From contig QHPU01000057.1 in assembly GCA_003219175.1 (NCBI GenBank), positions 2,474-66,473 on the forward strand: a DNA stretch of 64,000 nucleotides, in the 5' to 3' direction. The notes beneath the pieces were generated by a model. It saw nothing but the letters and a program-made list of their open reading frames with translations. It was not told where the DNA came from and ran no database searches. Below are positions 9,764 through 18,392 of the stretch, one piece after another (positions within the stretch are counted from its first letter, which is position 1; each line of letters starts with the position of its first letter). This DNA comes from Verrucomicrobiota bacterium (GTDB taxonomy: Bacteria > Verrucomicrobiota > Verrucomicrobiia > Chthoniobacterales > UBA10450). The translations under genes were made by a program, and so were the position numbers.

Positions 9764-9797
9764 GCCCTACAATTGTAGGGCAAGCGTACCGCTTGCC
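9764..9797. terminator. two overlapping GC-rich palindromes between the convergent birA remnant and trpD
   Basis: gccctacaattgtagggc (18-nt palindrome) overlaps ggcaagcg-tac-cgcttgcc. There is no clear T-run, so this may be a REP-like element rather than a classical terminator. Confidence 0.45.
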
Positions 9798-9828
9798 GGA
9801 TTTGGAATTTGCAACCGCAGCGCCTGTC

Positions 9829-10863
9829 CTAAACCCTGTAATTTTGCAGCGCCTTTAGTTTTTCCAGGGCCCGGCCAGAATCGATCTCCTCCCGTGCCAT
9901 TGCGATTCCAGAATTCATCTCGTTAACCAAACCGGCGACGACGAAACCCGCGGCCGCATTGACAATCACGAGATCGCGCTTCGGCCCGGTTTCGGTTCCC
10001 GTCAGAATTTGCGTAATCGTTTCGGCATTTGTCCGGGCGTCCCCGCCGATCAATTCCGGCAGCGTCGCCTGTGGAATTCCGAGCCAGCGCGTATCTAGGA
10101 CAGCAGATGTGATCTTACCACCATCAAGTTCCGCCACCGAGGTCGGTCCAATCGTCGAGACGTCATCCAGGGCCAGCGTATCGACCGCGGTTCCGCTTAC
10201 AACCCAGGCACGCTCGCAACCGAGTTGGCGCAACACCTCGGCGAAGAGTGTGGTCAGGTGAGGAGCAAACACGCCGATTAATTGCCGTTTGGGGCGCCCT
10301 GGATTTAGCAGCGGGCCGAGCAAATTGAAAATTGTGCGTTGATGTTTTCTGGCCAGGCGCAAACGCATTTCCGCCATCGCCCGAAACGCCAGATGATAGG
10401 TTCGCGCGTAAACAAATCCGCAGCCGAGCCGCTTAATGCATTCGCGCAGATCATCCGGCTCCAAGTCAATCGCGATACCAAGCGCCTCCAGCACGTCCGC
10501 ACTACCGCTCTGCGAGGTGACGCCGCGGTTGCCGTGTTTTACCACCGTCGCTCCACCCGCCGCCAGCACGAATGTGACTGCCGTGGAAACATTGAACAGG
10601 TCGATGCCGTCGCCTCCGGTGCCGCAGACATCAATGATTGGCCCGCCGATGCCGTCGATCTCCAACGGAACCGCGCGCTCCAATAGGACACGCACGAAAT
10701 TGGCGATCTCACTCGCGCTCTCGCCCTTTTCGTGCAGCGCCGTGAGAAAATCGGCCTTCGTTTGTGCTTCAATTGAATCCGAGAGCAAAAATGCCGCCGC
10801 TTCCTGTACGTCGAATGCGGAGAGATCGTTGCCACTGCGAATTTTTTCGATCAGCGCGTTCAT
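9829..10863 (-). CDS. trpD: anthranilate phosphoribosyltransferase
   Basis: CGTGGDG, VVKHGNRGVTSQSGSADVLEALG and NLLGPLLNP. Start taken at MNALIEK (10863), where the ATG overlaps the upstream gene's TGA (ATGA). Confidence 0.9.
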   Translation of the reverse strand: MNALIEKIRSGNDLSAFDVQEAAAFLLSDSIEAQTKADFLTALHEKGESASEIANFVRVLLERAVPLEIDGIGGPIIDVCGTGGDGIDLFNVSTAVTFVLAAGGATVVKHGNRGVTSQSGSADVLEALGIAIDLEPDDLRECIKRLGCGFVYARTYHLAFRAMAEMRLRLARKHQRTIFNLLGPLLNPGRPKRQLIGVFAPHLTTLFAEVLRQLGCERAWVVSGTAVDTLALDDVSTIGPTSVAELDGGKITSAVLDTRWLGIPQATLPELIGGDARTNAETITQILTGTETGPKRDLVIVNAAAGFVVAGLVNEMNSGIAMAREEIDSGRALEKLKALQNYRV

Positions 10864-11966
10864 GCCGCCTGCGCCGTCATTTCGCGCAGCCAATCCCGAT
10901 AAACCAGGGGCGAGATTTCCGAAGGTTTGATTTCGCTGCGGCCGCCCCAAAAAACATTGGTATATGAAACCGGAATGTTTTTCGCAACGAGATGCGCGTC
11001 GATTGCCGCCTTGTGTTCGAGTAGCCGCCTTTTGTCAGTGCCGTGCGCGACGGCCATGATGTTGACGTTCCGAAATTCTGGACCGCCTTCGCGCCAGTAA
11101 CAATGCGTGAGGATATGATGCCGTCCCACCTCACCACCTACTTCAATCTCGCGGCCCGGCGGCACCGCCCAATGAAAGAGCGCGTTGAATCGCGTCACTC
11201 GCACACCGCCCGCGCTCGGTTTCACGTGTTCGAGGAACGTGGAAAACCGGCCGATGATTTTCCGAGCATTCAGCGCTTCAGCCACGCCATAAAATTCCTC
11301 GAGCGAAACTCCAGCCTCGTTCGCGCGCGCGGCCCATGGCGTCGATCGAATTTCTTCCGGCGCGAACTCCCTTTTCAGCGCCAGCAAAACCCTCCACTCG
11401 CGCTCACCCAACTGCACCGCGCGCACTTCGATCATTCTCGCCGATGCGTCAGCGCGACTTCCCGGCTCGATAGTTTTCCGGCGAACGTGCCCAACTCCAA
11501 GCGTGAAAATTCCCTTCGCCGGCATAATCCGAAAACGTTCCGCGCCGACTTTACCGGCAAGCAATCGGCAATGTTCGTCCAGCGAGAAGCCATGAGGCAC
11601 CTTCACTGTGGTCCAAAGCTTGTACTCCGAGCCCGCCGTCAGCGTGTCAGTCGAGCGCAGGACCACGTGACCGGAAAAAGGGTCGCGTTGAAACATGAAA
11701 TCGAATGCTGCGTCAATTTCATCTTCCCCAACTCTCCACGCCACCAGCGCGCCGTCGGCCAGATTAGTTGCCAGCAAAGTCTGACGCACCCGACGGATTG
11801 TTCCCGCGCGCAACATCGCCGCGATCCGCGCCATCACCACATCGACCTCAACCCCACTACGCTCCGCGATTTCCTCGAACGGTTCGCGCACAAACCCTTC
11901 GATTTTGTCCTCCGAAATCGTCAGAATCTTTTCGTTGATCGGATCGTTGTGCTCGACCGAGAGCAT
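10860..11966 (-). CDS. two-domain AsnC/Lrp-fold protein, siroheme decarboxylase (AhbA/B, NirDL)-like
   Basis: It has two repeats, each an HTH-like segment (..MLRAGTIRRVRQTL.. and ..LNARKIIGRFSTFL..) followed by a ligand-domain-like segment (GHVVLRS.. and ILTHCYWRE..). The family call is from memory. The start is at MLSVEH. Confidence 0.4.
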   Translation of the reverse strand: MLSVEHNDPINEKILTISEDKIEGFVREPFEEIAERSGVEVDVVMARIAAMLRAGTIRRVRQTLLATNLADGALVAWRVGEDEIDAAFDFMFQRDPFSGHVVLRSTDTLTAGSEYKLWTTVKVPHGFSLDEHCRLLAGKVGAERFRIMPAKGIFTLGVGHVRRKTIEPGSRADASARMIEVRAVQLGEREWRVLLALKREFAPEEIRSTPWAARANEAGVSLEEFYGVAEALNARKIIGRFSTFLEHVKPSAGGVRVTRFNALFHWAVPPGREIEVGGEVGRHHILTHCYWREGGPEFRNVNIMAVAHGTDKRRLLEHKAAIDAHLVAKNIPVSYTNVFWGGRSEIKPSEISPLVYRDWLREMTAQAA

Positions 11967-11992
11967 GCGGTCATTAATCTCGCATAAATTAC

Positions 11993-12070
11993 GGGGAGCG
12001 CAGGCAGCTTGCCGGCGCGAAATTTTTCGGCAAGCTGCCGAAAACAACAGGCTGGCAGCCTGTGCTCTCC
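11993..12070. repeat. 78-bp palindromic repeat element, short relative of the element inserted in dnaE2
   Basis: Termini are ggggagcgcaggc .. gcctgtgctctcc. There is an internal 12-bp hairpin (ggcagcttgccg / cggcaagctgcc) and the palindrome caggctggcagcctg. It sits in the divergent promoter region between 11966(-) and 12097(+). Confidence 0.7.
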
Positions 12071-12096
12071 AGCGTTCTCACCGCCGCACTCAACCT

Positions 12097-12771
12097 ATGA
12101 TCCAAGACGACTCGCCCAAAGCCATCTTCTTCGATGCCGTCGGCACCCTCTTTTATCTAACGAAAACCGTGGGCGATCATTACGCGCTCGTTGGGGAGGA
12201 AGTCCGTTTGAATTTGGACGCCAAAAGACTGGACGCGGCCTTCTATTGCGCGTGGGCGCAGATGCCACCGCGCGAGGCGATCGATGGCCCCCGTGAAAAT
12301 GACGACAAAGATTGGTGGCACGAACTGACTGATCTTGTGTTGAAAGAAGTCGCGCCCGAAGTCGGCGCACTGGATCGAGATAATTTCTTCGAGGTCGCCT
12401 ACGAGCATTTCGCCGAGTGCGGCGTCTGGGAATTGTATCCCGAGGTCATTGGCATTCTCAAGCAACTGCATTGCCGCTTTCAACTGGCGATCATTTCCAA
12501 CTTCGATGGTCGGCTGCGCGTGATTCTGGAGCGCCTCGGCATCTCGAAATATTTCGGCCACATCTTCGTTTCAAGCGAAATCGGTGCCGATAAACCCGAC
12601 CCGGAAATTTTCCGTCGCGCAGTCAAGTTTCTTGGCTTGCAACCTGGTGATGTCCTGCACGTCGGGGATGATCGCGAGCGCGACTGGCACGCTGCGGCCA
12701 TCGCCGGCCTATCGATCTTCAAATTAGATCGAAACAAGAATTCCCTCCGTGATTTGCTCGCGATCCTGTAG
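12097..12771 (+). CDS. HAD-superfamily hydrolase
   Basis: AIFFDAVGTL (DxxGT nucleophile motif), ISNFDGR and VGDDRERDW. Start at the internal ATG 12097; the region upstream of it is the repeat element. Confidence 0.8.
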   Translation: MIQDDSPKAIFFDAVGTLFYLTKTVGDHYALVGEEVRLNLDAKRLDAAFYCAWAQMPPREAIDGPRENDDKDWWHELTDLVLKEVAPEVGALDRDNFFEVAYEHFAECGVWELYPEVIGILKQLHCRFQLAIISNFDGRLRVILERLGISKYFGHIFVSSEIGADKPDPEIFRRAVKFLGLQPGDVLHVGDDRERDWHAAAIAGLSIFKLDRNKNSLRDLLAIL

Positions 12772-12900
12772 CGGTGGTCTACAACCGCAGAGTTGTTAGA
12801 TCGGAGGGACGCGCGCTGTCGCGTCCCATCCTTTAGAACGAACGCGGCTCCTCCACGGTTGCCTCGACCTTCAAATCGGATTAGAAAACGGTTCCTGTGC

Positions 12901-12973
12901 GGGTCGGTAGCTCAATTGGTAGAGCAGCGCCCTTTTAAGGCGTTGGTTCCGGGTTCGAGTCCCGGCCGACCCA
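12901..12973 (+). tRNA. tRNA-Lys (anticodon TTT)
   Basis: Acceptor gggtcgg/ccgaccc, anticodon stem gcgcc/ggcgt with loop ctTTTaa, T arm ccggg-ttcgagt-cccgg. No encoded CCA. Confidence 0.9.
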
Positions 12974-12997
12974 CATAAACCTCTCGCCGGGGTTCCG

Positions 12998-13510
12998 ATG
13001 GACATCTCCAACATTGCCAATCTCATCAATGCCATCGCAGTGACCGCAGGCGTGATTTTCGCGGCGGTGCAGATCCGTCAGTATCAGAGACGGCGCCAGC
13101 GCGACGCGATGCTGGAATTGGTGCGTTCGTTTCAAAGCCCCGCATTCACCGCTGCTTTGCGACGCGTCCTTTCCCTGCCTGATGGCGCTGATGCGGCAAA
13201 AATCCGAGAACTTCTCGGCCCGGATGGCGAAGACGCAATTTATTTGGTTTCGCTGACCTGGGAAAGCCTCGGTGTTTTGGTTTTTCGCCGCGAGGTAACG
13301 CTTGATTTGGTGGATGATTTCTTCAGCGGCCCGCTCGTGCTCTCGTGGCAGAAACTAAAGGTTTATTCCGAAGAATGGCGGCGCAACTTGAACCGGAAGA
13401 CCGGCAACGAGTGGTTTCACTGGCTTGCGGAACGGATGCTTGAACGCGAAAAGGCCTCGCCGCCAGTGCCTGCTTACATTGCGCACCGCAACTGGCGCGA
13501 TTCGCGTTGA
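12998..13510 (+). CDS. hypothetical protein with one N-terminal TM helix (DUF4760-like?)
   Basis: 170-aa ORF. It has MDISNIANLINAIAVTAGVIFAAVQIRQY followed by a soluble domain. The family assignment is tentative and from memory. Confidence 0.45.
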   Translation: MDISNIANLINAIAVTAGVIFAAVQIRQYQRRRQRDAMLELVRSFQSPAFTAALRRVLSLPDGADAAKIRELLGPDGEDAIYLVSLTWESLGVLVFRREVTLDLVDDFFSGPLVLSWQKLKVYSEEWRRNLNRKTGNEWFHWLAERMLEREKASPPVPAYIAHRNWRDSR

Positions 13511-13637
13511 CACCATCGAAGTCTAACAAAGCGGCAACACGCATCACTTGCACAGGACACTCGCTTCGGCGTGTAACGATTCCAGAAATGACTCGGCAAT
13601 AGCCGCAACTTTCCTGAAGAGGCGTCTGGCAGACGCC

Positions 13638-14174
13638 CTACAACAGTTCCGGCAGTTCGTCAGAGTAACTGAGCCTTCCATTCACAATTTTCGCTGCCGA
13701 AGTAAATGGATGCGTCCCGGCCTTGTTAGCCTTGATAATGTGAATGACTTCGGCCCCTTGCGCTTTCAAGTAATCCGCGATGAGGCTTCGATGGCAGCTC
13801 CACCAGACCGCTTCTGCACACATGATCACGCTCGCACCATGCCTTTCTACCATTTCTTGCAAGCGCGTTATGCCTTCGGCGAACTTCGCCGTTTCCATGT
13901 AATCGGCGTAACCACGGAATGATTCGTTGCGCCAAGCAGTGTTGCGCGAATCCTTTCGCGGCTTTCGCCGGCCGCCGAGTTCGGGGAAATGCTCGTAAAC
14001 TATTCCGCGGTCCGCCAGAGATTTCGCGAGCACCTCCTTGTTGAATTGGGGGTACCGTTTCGAACCCGGCAAGAGCCGGACATCGGCCACCAGTCTGATC
14101 CCGTGTGCCTGCAATGCGCCAATAAACTCTTCGATTGTTCGAGTTGAATGTCCGATTGTCCAAATCTTTGTCAC
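13638..14174 (-). CDS. DUF488-family protein
   Basis: IWTIGHSTRTIEEF, DVRLLPGSKRYPQFNK and MCAEAVWWSCHRSLIADYL match the DUF488 pattern. Confidence 0.75.
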   Translation of the reverse strand: MTKIWTIGHSTRTIEEFIGALQAHGIRLVADVRLLPGSKRYPQFNKEVLAKSLADRGIVYEHFPELGGRRKPRKDSRNTAWRNESFRGYADYMETAKFAEGITRLQEMVERHGASVIMCAEAVWWSCHRSLIADYLKAQGAEVIHIIKANKAGTHPFTSAAKIVNGRLSYSDELPELL

Positions 14175-14314
14175 TTTTGATATTCGTGCGAATGTTTTGA
14201 GGAGCGAATCCGTTCTCGATTCGTCCCACTCGCTCGCTCTTTCGCTTTCGACACGTTCAGAACAGGTTTTTTGGACTTGCGTTCGGGAACGGGCCGCCGA
14301 AGCATTAAAATGCT

Positions 14315-15007
14315 ATGAGAACCGAAGCAACACTGCACACCCTGGATGACCTGATCCGCGAACGATCCATCCTGCGGCATCCATTTTACCGTGCCTGGCA
14401 GCGTGGCGAACTGACGCCGGATCAACTCGGCACTTATTCCCGCGTTTATTATCCGCATGTCGCAGCCTTTCCCACTTATCTGAAGAATGTGATTAACTGC
14501 ACTGCCGATTCTTCGATCAAATGCACGCTCGAGCAAAATCTGCGCGATGAACTGACGAATCCCGCGCCGCATCCGGAATTATGGCTCGATTTCGCGGCTG
14601 CGACCGGGCAGGAGAAACAAGGAGTCAAATGTGCCGAACCAGTTCCCAAAACAGCCGACTCGATCGCGACGTTCGACCGCTTAACCAATCGTGATATTGC
14701 CAGCGGGCTCACCGCGCTTTATGCCTACGAATCACAGCAGCCGGAAGTAGCAGCAGAAAAATTGCGAGGTCTCCGCGACTGCTACGGAATTCACAGCCCT
14801 CAAGCGCTTAGTTATTTTGCAGTTCATGCCACCGCTGACCTGGAGCATCGTGCCGCCGAACGATCCGCAATAGGGCGCTGTCTGGATTCTGGCACGTCGC
14901 CCGCCACTATCATAAATGCGGCGGAGGAAGCGCTCGACGCCTACTGGAATTTACTCGATGGAGTCTGTGAAGAAGCAGTTTTACAGTCAACCGAAGGCCA
15001 ATTATGA
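14315..15007 (+). CDS. PqqC/TenA/CADD-like heme-oxygenase-fold (di-iron) protein
   Basis: HPFYRAWQRGELTPDQLGTYSRVYYPHVAAFPTYL, LRDELTNP..HPELWLDF, YAYESQ and HATADLEH. Confidence 0.65.
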   Translation: MRTEATLHTLDDLIRERSILRHPFYRAWQRGELTPDQLGTYSRVYYPHVAAFPTYLKNVINCTADSSIKCTLEQNLRDELTNPAPHPELWLDFAAATGQEKQGVKCAEPVPKTADSIATFDRLTNRDIASGLTALYAYESQQPEVAAEKLRGLRDCYGIHSPQALSYFAVHATADLEHRAAERSAIGRCLDSGTSPATIINAAEEALDAYWNLLDGVCEEAVLQSTEGQL

Positions 15008-15525
15008 AGGTAACGATACTATTTACGATTATTTTAGCGGCAGCATCATTCGTCATGGCACAAACTACACCTCAAGTCGGCGTCCAAGCGCCTGCAGTTA
15101 GTCTTACTTCCAACGATGGGAGGCAAGTTAATTTAAATGACTACAAGGGTAAATGGGTTGTTCTCTACTTCTATCCGAAGGATTTCACCAGCGGTTGCAC
15201 CTTGGAAGCACAGAACTTCCAGCGCGACCTAGCCAAATACCAGAATGCAAGTGCCGTCATCCTCGGCGTCAGTGTGGACAATGCCGACTCACACAAGCAA
15301 TTTTGTGCGAAGGAAGGCTTGAACTTTAAACTATTGGCCGACACCGATACCAAAGTATCCGAGGCTTATGGCTCGTTAAAAGATTACGACGGGAAAAAGA
15401 TGTCCGCGCGCAATACTTTCATCATCAACCCGGAAGGCAAAATCGCGAAAGTATTTACCGGAGTAAAACCGCAAACCCATAGCGAGGAAGTGCTCCAAGC
15501 TCTGGCCGAATTGAAGAAGAGCTAA
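15004..15525 (+). CDS. bcp: secreted peroxiredoxin (Bcp / AhpC-TSA family)
   Basis: Signal peptide MKVTILFTIILAAASFVMAQ, then GKWVVLYFYPKDFTSGCTLE (peroxidatic Cys). Its ATG overlaps the stop of the upstream gene (ATGA). Confidence 0.85.
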   Translation: MKVTILFTIILAAASFVMAQTTPQVGVQAPAVSLTSNDGRQVNLNDYKGKWVVLYFYPKDFTSGCTLEAQNFQRDLAKYQNASAVILGVSVDNADSHKQFCAKEGLNFKLLADTDTKVSEAYGSLKDYDGKKMSARNTFIINPEGKIAKVFTGVKPQTHSEEVLQALAELKKS

Positions 15526-15571
15526 CGATTGCTCCAAGACGGTAGCCGTAGTCGCGCTACCAATTCCAACC

Positions 15572-15976
15572 TTGCCACGAGATCTCTTTGATCATATCGA
15601 TTTGCGTGTCCGAAATCGGGCGCGGGCGCAGGAATTTTTCGCCAAGGTTCTGCCGGCAATTGGCTTCGCTCTCGATAAAAGCGCGGAGGAGTGGGGTGCG
15701 TTTGAAAAAGACGGCGCCGGGAAACCCTCGGAATTCTTTGGCTTCACCGAAGACATCAATCATCGCCCGAATGATACGCGAATCGCATTCTGGGCAAAGA
15801 CGCGCGAACAAGTCGATCACGTCGCTCAAGTTGTCCGTGAAGCCGGCGGCCGAAACCTGGAAGGCCCCAAAATCTGGCCGGAATACAGTCCAGATTATTA
15901 CGCACTCTTCTTTGAGGATCCCGATGGAAATAAACTGGAGATTTGCTGTCGGGGAAGCGTAGTCGTTGCGGAGTGA
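15572..15976 (+). CDS. VOC (glyoxalase/bleomycin-resistance/dioxygenase) family protein
   Basis: FDHIDLRVRN..A..FF and YYALFFEDPDGNKLEI. The overlapping ORFs 15557..15991(-) and 15588..15962(+) have no recognisable motifs. Confidence 0.75.
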   Translation: MPRDLFDHIDLRVRNRARAQEFFAKVLPAIGFALDKSAEEWGAFEKDGAGKPSEFFGFTEDINHRPNDTRIAFWAKTREQVDHVAQVVREAGGRNLEGPKIWPEYSPDYYALFFEDPDGNKLEICCRGSVVVAE

Positions 15977-16536
15977 CGCAGATCGGGGCAATATTACGAG
16001 TGTCTCACCGGACAGCTGATCTCAAAATTCTGCGGCCGCAAAACCGCGTTCGCTATCTCAAGCTCATCGCACTTTTCAAACTGGCCAAAGGTGCCCTTCT
16101 GTTATGCTTTGGCATCTCGGTAATGTTTCTTGATAGCCGCCCCGCTTGGACCGACGCGATCTCCGACTGGATCGATGACGAAGCGCTCGTCGTCCACGGA
16201 AAAGCGGCGCATTATCTCCTCAGTCAGCTGCAGCATGTGCTTGCGGGGGGCGCTCTCCATGCGGCTGGGTTGCTTGCGCTTTTTTATTCAGCGATCTTAT
16301 GCACTGAGGGCATCGGCGTGTATTTGCAACAACGCTGGGCGGAATTCCTAATGATAATTGCTACTGCCGCGTTGATCCCGCTGGAGGTACGGCATTTCTT
16401 TCATCAACCCACGGTTGGCGCAGCCGTCCTACTGCTGGCTAACTGCTTCATCGTCTGGTTTCTTTATCGGGTGCTGAAACGTGAACCGACAGACGCTCCG
16501 ATTCAGCCTCGGGAAGTTGTGGCCGAGATTCGCTGA
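15943..16536 (+). CDS. DUF2127-like membrane protein
   Basis: LRYLKLIALFKLAKGALLLCFGI plus 3 more TM segments. The start is uncertain. Confidence 0.55.
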   Translation: MLSGKRSRCGVTQIGAILRVSHRTADLKILRPQNRVRYLKLIALFKLAKGALLLCFGISVMFLDSRPAWTDAISDWIDDEALVVHGKAAHYLLSQLQHVLAGGALHAAGLLALFYSAILCTEGIGVYLQQRWAEFLMIIATAALIPLEVRHFFHQPTVGAAVLLLANCFIVWFLYRVLKREPTDAPIQPREVVAEIR

Positions 16537-17104
16537 GCGGTCGGATCCCGACCTGCGCCAGCACTTCTGTGGTGCGCTCCATTGGCAGGCCAATCACGTT
16601 GGTCACCGATCCTGCAATGGCGGAGATGATGTTTCCACCCGCACCCTGCGCGGCATAGGCACCCGCCTTATCGACTGGATTCACCACCTTAAAATACTTG
16701 GTAATGGCGCTCTCAGTGAGCTTGCGAAAACGGACCTGCGAAATTTCGGCGAAACTAATCCTTCCTCGCGGATCGACGATGCAAACGGCCGTGCAGACGT
16801 CGTGCGTTCGTCCACTCAACCGCCGCAGAATCATTCGCGCATGGTTTAGGTCACGGGGCTTGCCCATGATCTGCGCCTCCATCGCGATGAGTGTATCGGC
16901 CGCGAGCACTACTCTATCCCGATAAATGCGCGCGACGGCTATTGCCTTGCGCGTCGCATTTGCAATTGTCAGCTCGCGCAAGGACAGCTGCGCAACCGCA
17001 AGCTCGCTGACTGCCGGCACAACTACCTCGAACTCATAGCCTGCCTCCGTCAGGAGCGCGTGACGGCGCGGCGAGTTCGACGCGAGAATAAACGGCGCCG
17101 CCAC
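16448..17104 (-). CDS. maf: Maf-like nucleoside-triphosphate pyrophosphatase
   Basis: ILASNSPRRHALL, AADTLI, GKP, KAGAYAAQG and GLPME. A C-terminal tail of about 30 aa overlaps the convergent gene by 89 nt. Confidence 0.85.
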   Translation of the reverse strand: MAAPFILASNSPRRHALLTEAGYEFEVVVPAVSELAVAQLSLRELTIANATRKAIAVARIYRDRVVLAADTLIAMEAQIMGKPRDLNHARMILRRLSGRTHDVCTAVCIVDPRGRISFAEISQVRFRKLTESAITKYFKVVNPVDKAGAYAAQGAGGNIISAIAGSVTNVIGLPMERTTEVLAQVGIRPLSESRPQLPEAESERLSVHVSAPDKETRR

Positions 17105-17117
17105 GCAGGCGCCCTCT

Positions 17118-17852
17118 TTATGGAGTCACGGACGGCACCGGGACCGTCGACGGCGATCCGGGCACTCCCGATCCGGCGGGATTCTCCGGGATCTTCTTCC
17201 CGCCAAAAAGGTCCGGCATTTTCATGTCTGCGTAATTCGCCGGAACATCAAACACGCTATTGGGAATAGGATCGCGTTTTGCCGAAATAAGGGTCATGAC
17301 GACATGGCCCCTCGCTGTATCCATCTCTATTTTGACCGGAACCCCTGGCAGGTCTCGGAAATCAGGGATGTTCGTACCAGAGTTTGCCAAGGCTGACGGC
17401 TGCGCTGCTTTCATTTCCTGAATGATTGCCGGCCCATCGGGATAGTTCATGGCGATATAATAAGTCGCTTTACCAACTGAGGTGTCCGCGGTGAAAACGT
17501 CCGTTGACATTCCGTTCACGGTTTCTTTGCGGCCGAGCGGCGTCAGTTTCGCCTTTCGGTCAGCGGGAGTGGCGGCGGTGAATTTCTTAACCATTTCCGC
17601 GGCCGCTTTCATCTTGTCGCCGGAGATCCGCATCGCCTTCTTTTCTCCGTGCATCAGGGTAACCGTGTCGCCTGTTTTTGAATCAGTGATCATCGAAAGC
17701 TCTGGCGCCGGATCGATTCGTACCTTATCTCCCTTGAATTTGATCGTCATTTCGCCGGTCGTGCCTGCGGCGTCGACTTTTTGGATAAGGGTAAGGTCTG
17801 CCCGAAGAGAAGTCGTGACAGCCAGAAGAAAGAAGAATGCAATTTTAGACAT
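17118..17852 (-). CDS. secreted hypothetical protein (DUF4412-like?)
   Basis: Signal peptide MSKIAFFFLLAVTTSLRA, a beta-rich body, and a C-terminal P/G/S tail. Confidence 0.5.
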   Translation of the reverse strand: MSKIAFFFLLAVTTSLRADLTLIQKVDAAGTTGEMTIKFKGDKVRIDPAPELSMITDSKTGDTVTLMHGEKKAMRISGDKMKAAAEMVKKFTAATPADRKAKLTPLGRKETVNGMSTDVFTADTSVGKATYYIAMNYPDGPAIIQEMKAAQPSALANSGTNIPDFRDLPGVPVKIEMDTARGHVVMTLISAKRDPIPNSVFDVPANYADMKMPDLFGGKKIPENPAGSGVPGSPSTVPVPSVTP

Positions 17853-17953
17853 AGGAGAGTGCTACTGGCGACCGCTGGGATTGGCAAGTCGCGATGCCAT
17901 GGAAAAAGCACTTGGCAGGAACCTGCAGGCGCGGCAACTTGGACAGCTCTAAC

Positions 17954-18024
17954 GCGGGTGTAGCTTAATGGTAAAGCTGTAGCCTTCCAAGCTACTGACG
18001 AGGGTTCGATTCCCTTCACCCGCT
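17954..18024 (+). tRNA. tRNA-Gly (anticodon TCC)
   Basis: Acceptor gcgggtg/cacccgc, anticodon stem gtagc/gctac with loop ctTCCaa, T arm gaggg-ttcgatt-ccctt. Confidence 0.9.
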
Positions 18025-18392
18025 GGGCTGATTTCGGGTACACTTGACGAGCCTGTCCATCAACCGAGTACAGTATGATTGATGGATTTTGCGGCGCTGA
18101 GGAAAGCTTTTCCTAGCTGCGGCAGCGCCTGAGGCTTGGGCCAGCAAGTGAAGATGGGCAGCCAGGCCATCATCGTCGAGGCACGAGTCTAGCTAATCGG
18201 ATAGCGGAGTAAGCTTCGAGTTATTGACGAAGGCTCGACTCGGTTAAGCCGTCGCTGGAAAGAATTTTATAGGCAGAATAAGGAGGAAAATCATAGTCCG
18301 GAAGCTTCATTTGTGGGGTTGGGAAGCGCTTAGTGCCACCAGAAAAAAGTTGATCTGAGTAATATCACTTCCTAGGCTGCCGCAAGGCTTTT

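Noticed and set aside
10339-10930. + strand ORFs (10339..10686, 10436..10930) antisense to trpD; similarly many 60-190-aa ORFs antisense to gnd, glgE, dinG and the TPR genes
   Set aside because: In every case the opposite strand carries a gene with clear family motifs. The antisense products are Arg/Ser/Ala/Pro-rich shadows.
11219-11233. ggtttcacgtgttcg, a partial match to parS (TGTTTCACGTGAAACA)
   Set aside because: Only the left half matches. It lies inside a coding region 35 kb from parB, and the right arm is absent.
12901-15000. Possible integrated island downstream of tRNA-Lys (DUF4760-like and DUF488 genes)
   Set aside because: There is no integrase, no direct repeat of the tRNA 3' end, and no obvious compositional break. 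The genes look like ordinary chromosomal accessory genes.
15557-15991. 144-aa minus-strand ORF and 124-aa + strand ORF overlapping the VOC gene
   Set aside because: Only frame 15572..15976(+) gives the glyoxalase/VOC motifs. The others have no recognisable features and are typical GC-rich overlapping frames.
18281-18300. ggaggaaaatcatagtccggaag, resembling RNase P CR-I (GAGGAAAGUCCGG) or the SRP RNA GUCCGGAAG
   Set aside because: The CR-I match is interrupted by a 5-nt insertion. None of the other universally conserved RNase P (ACAGAACCCGGCUUA, GGUAA..) or SRP (GGAAGCAGCC) blocks are present in the surrounding 400 nt.
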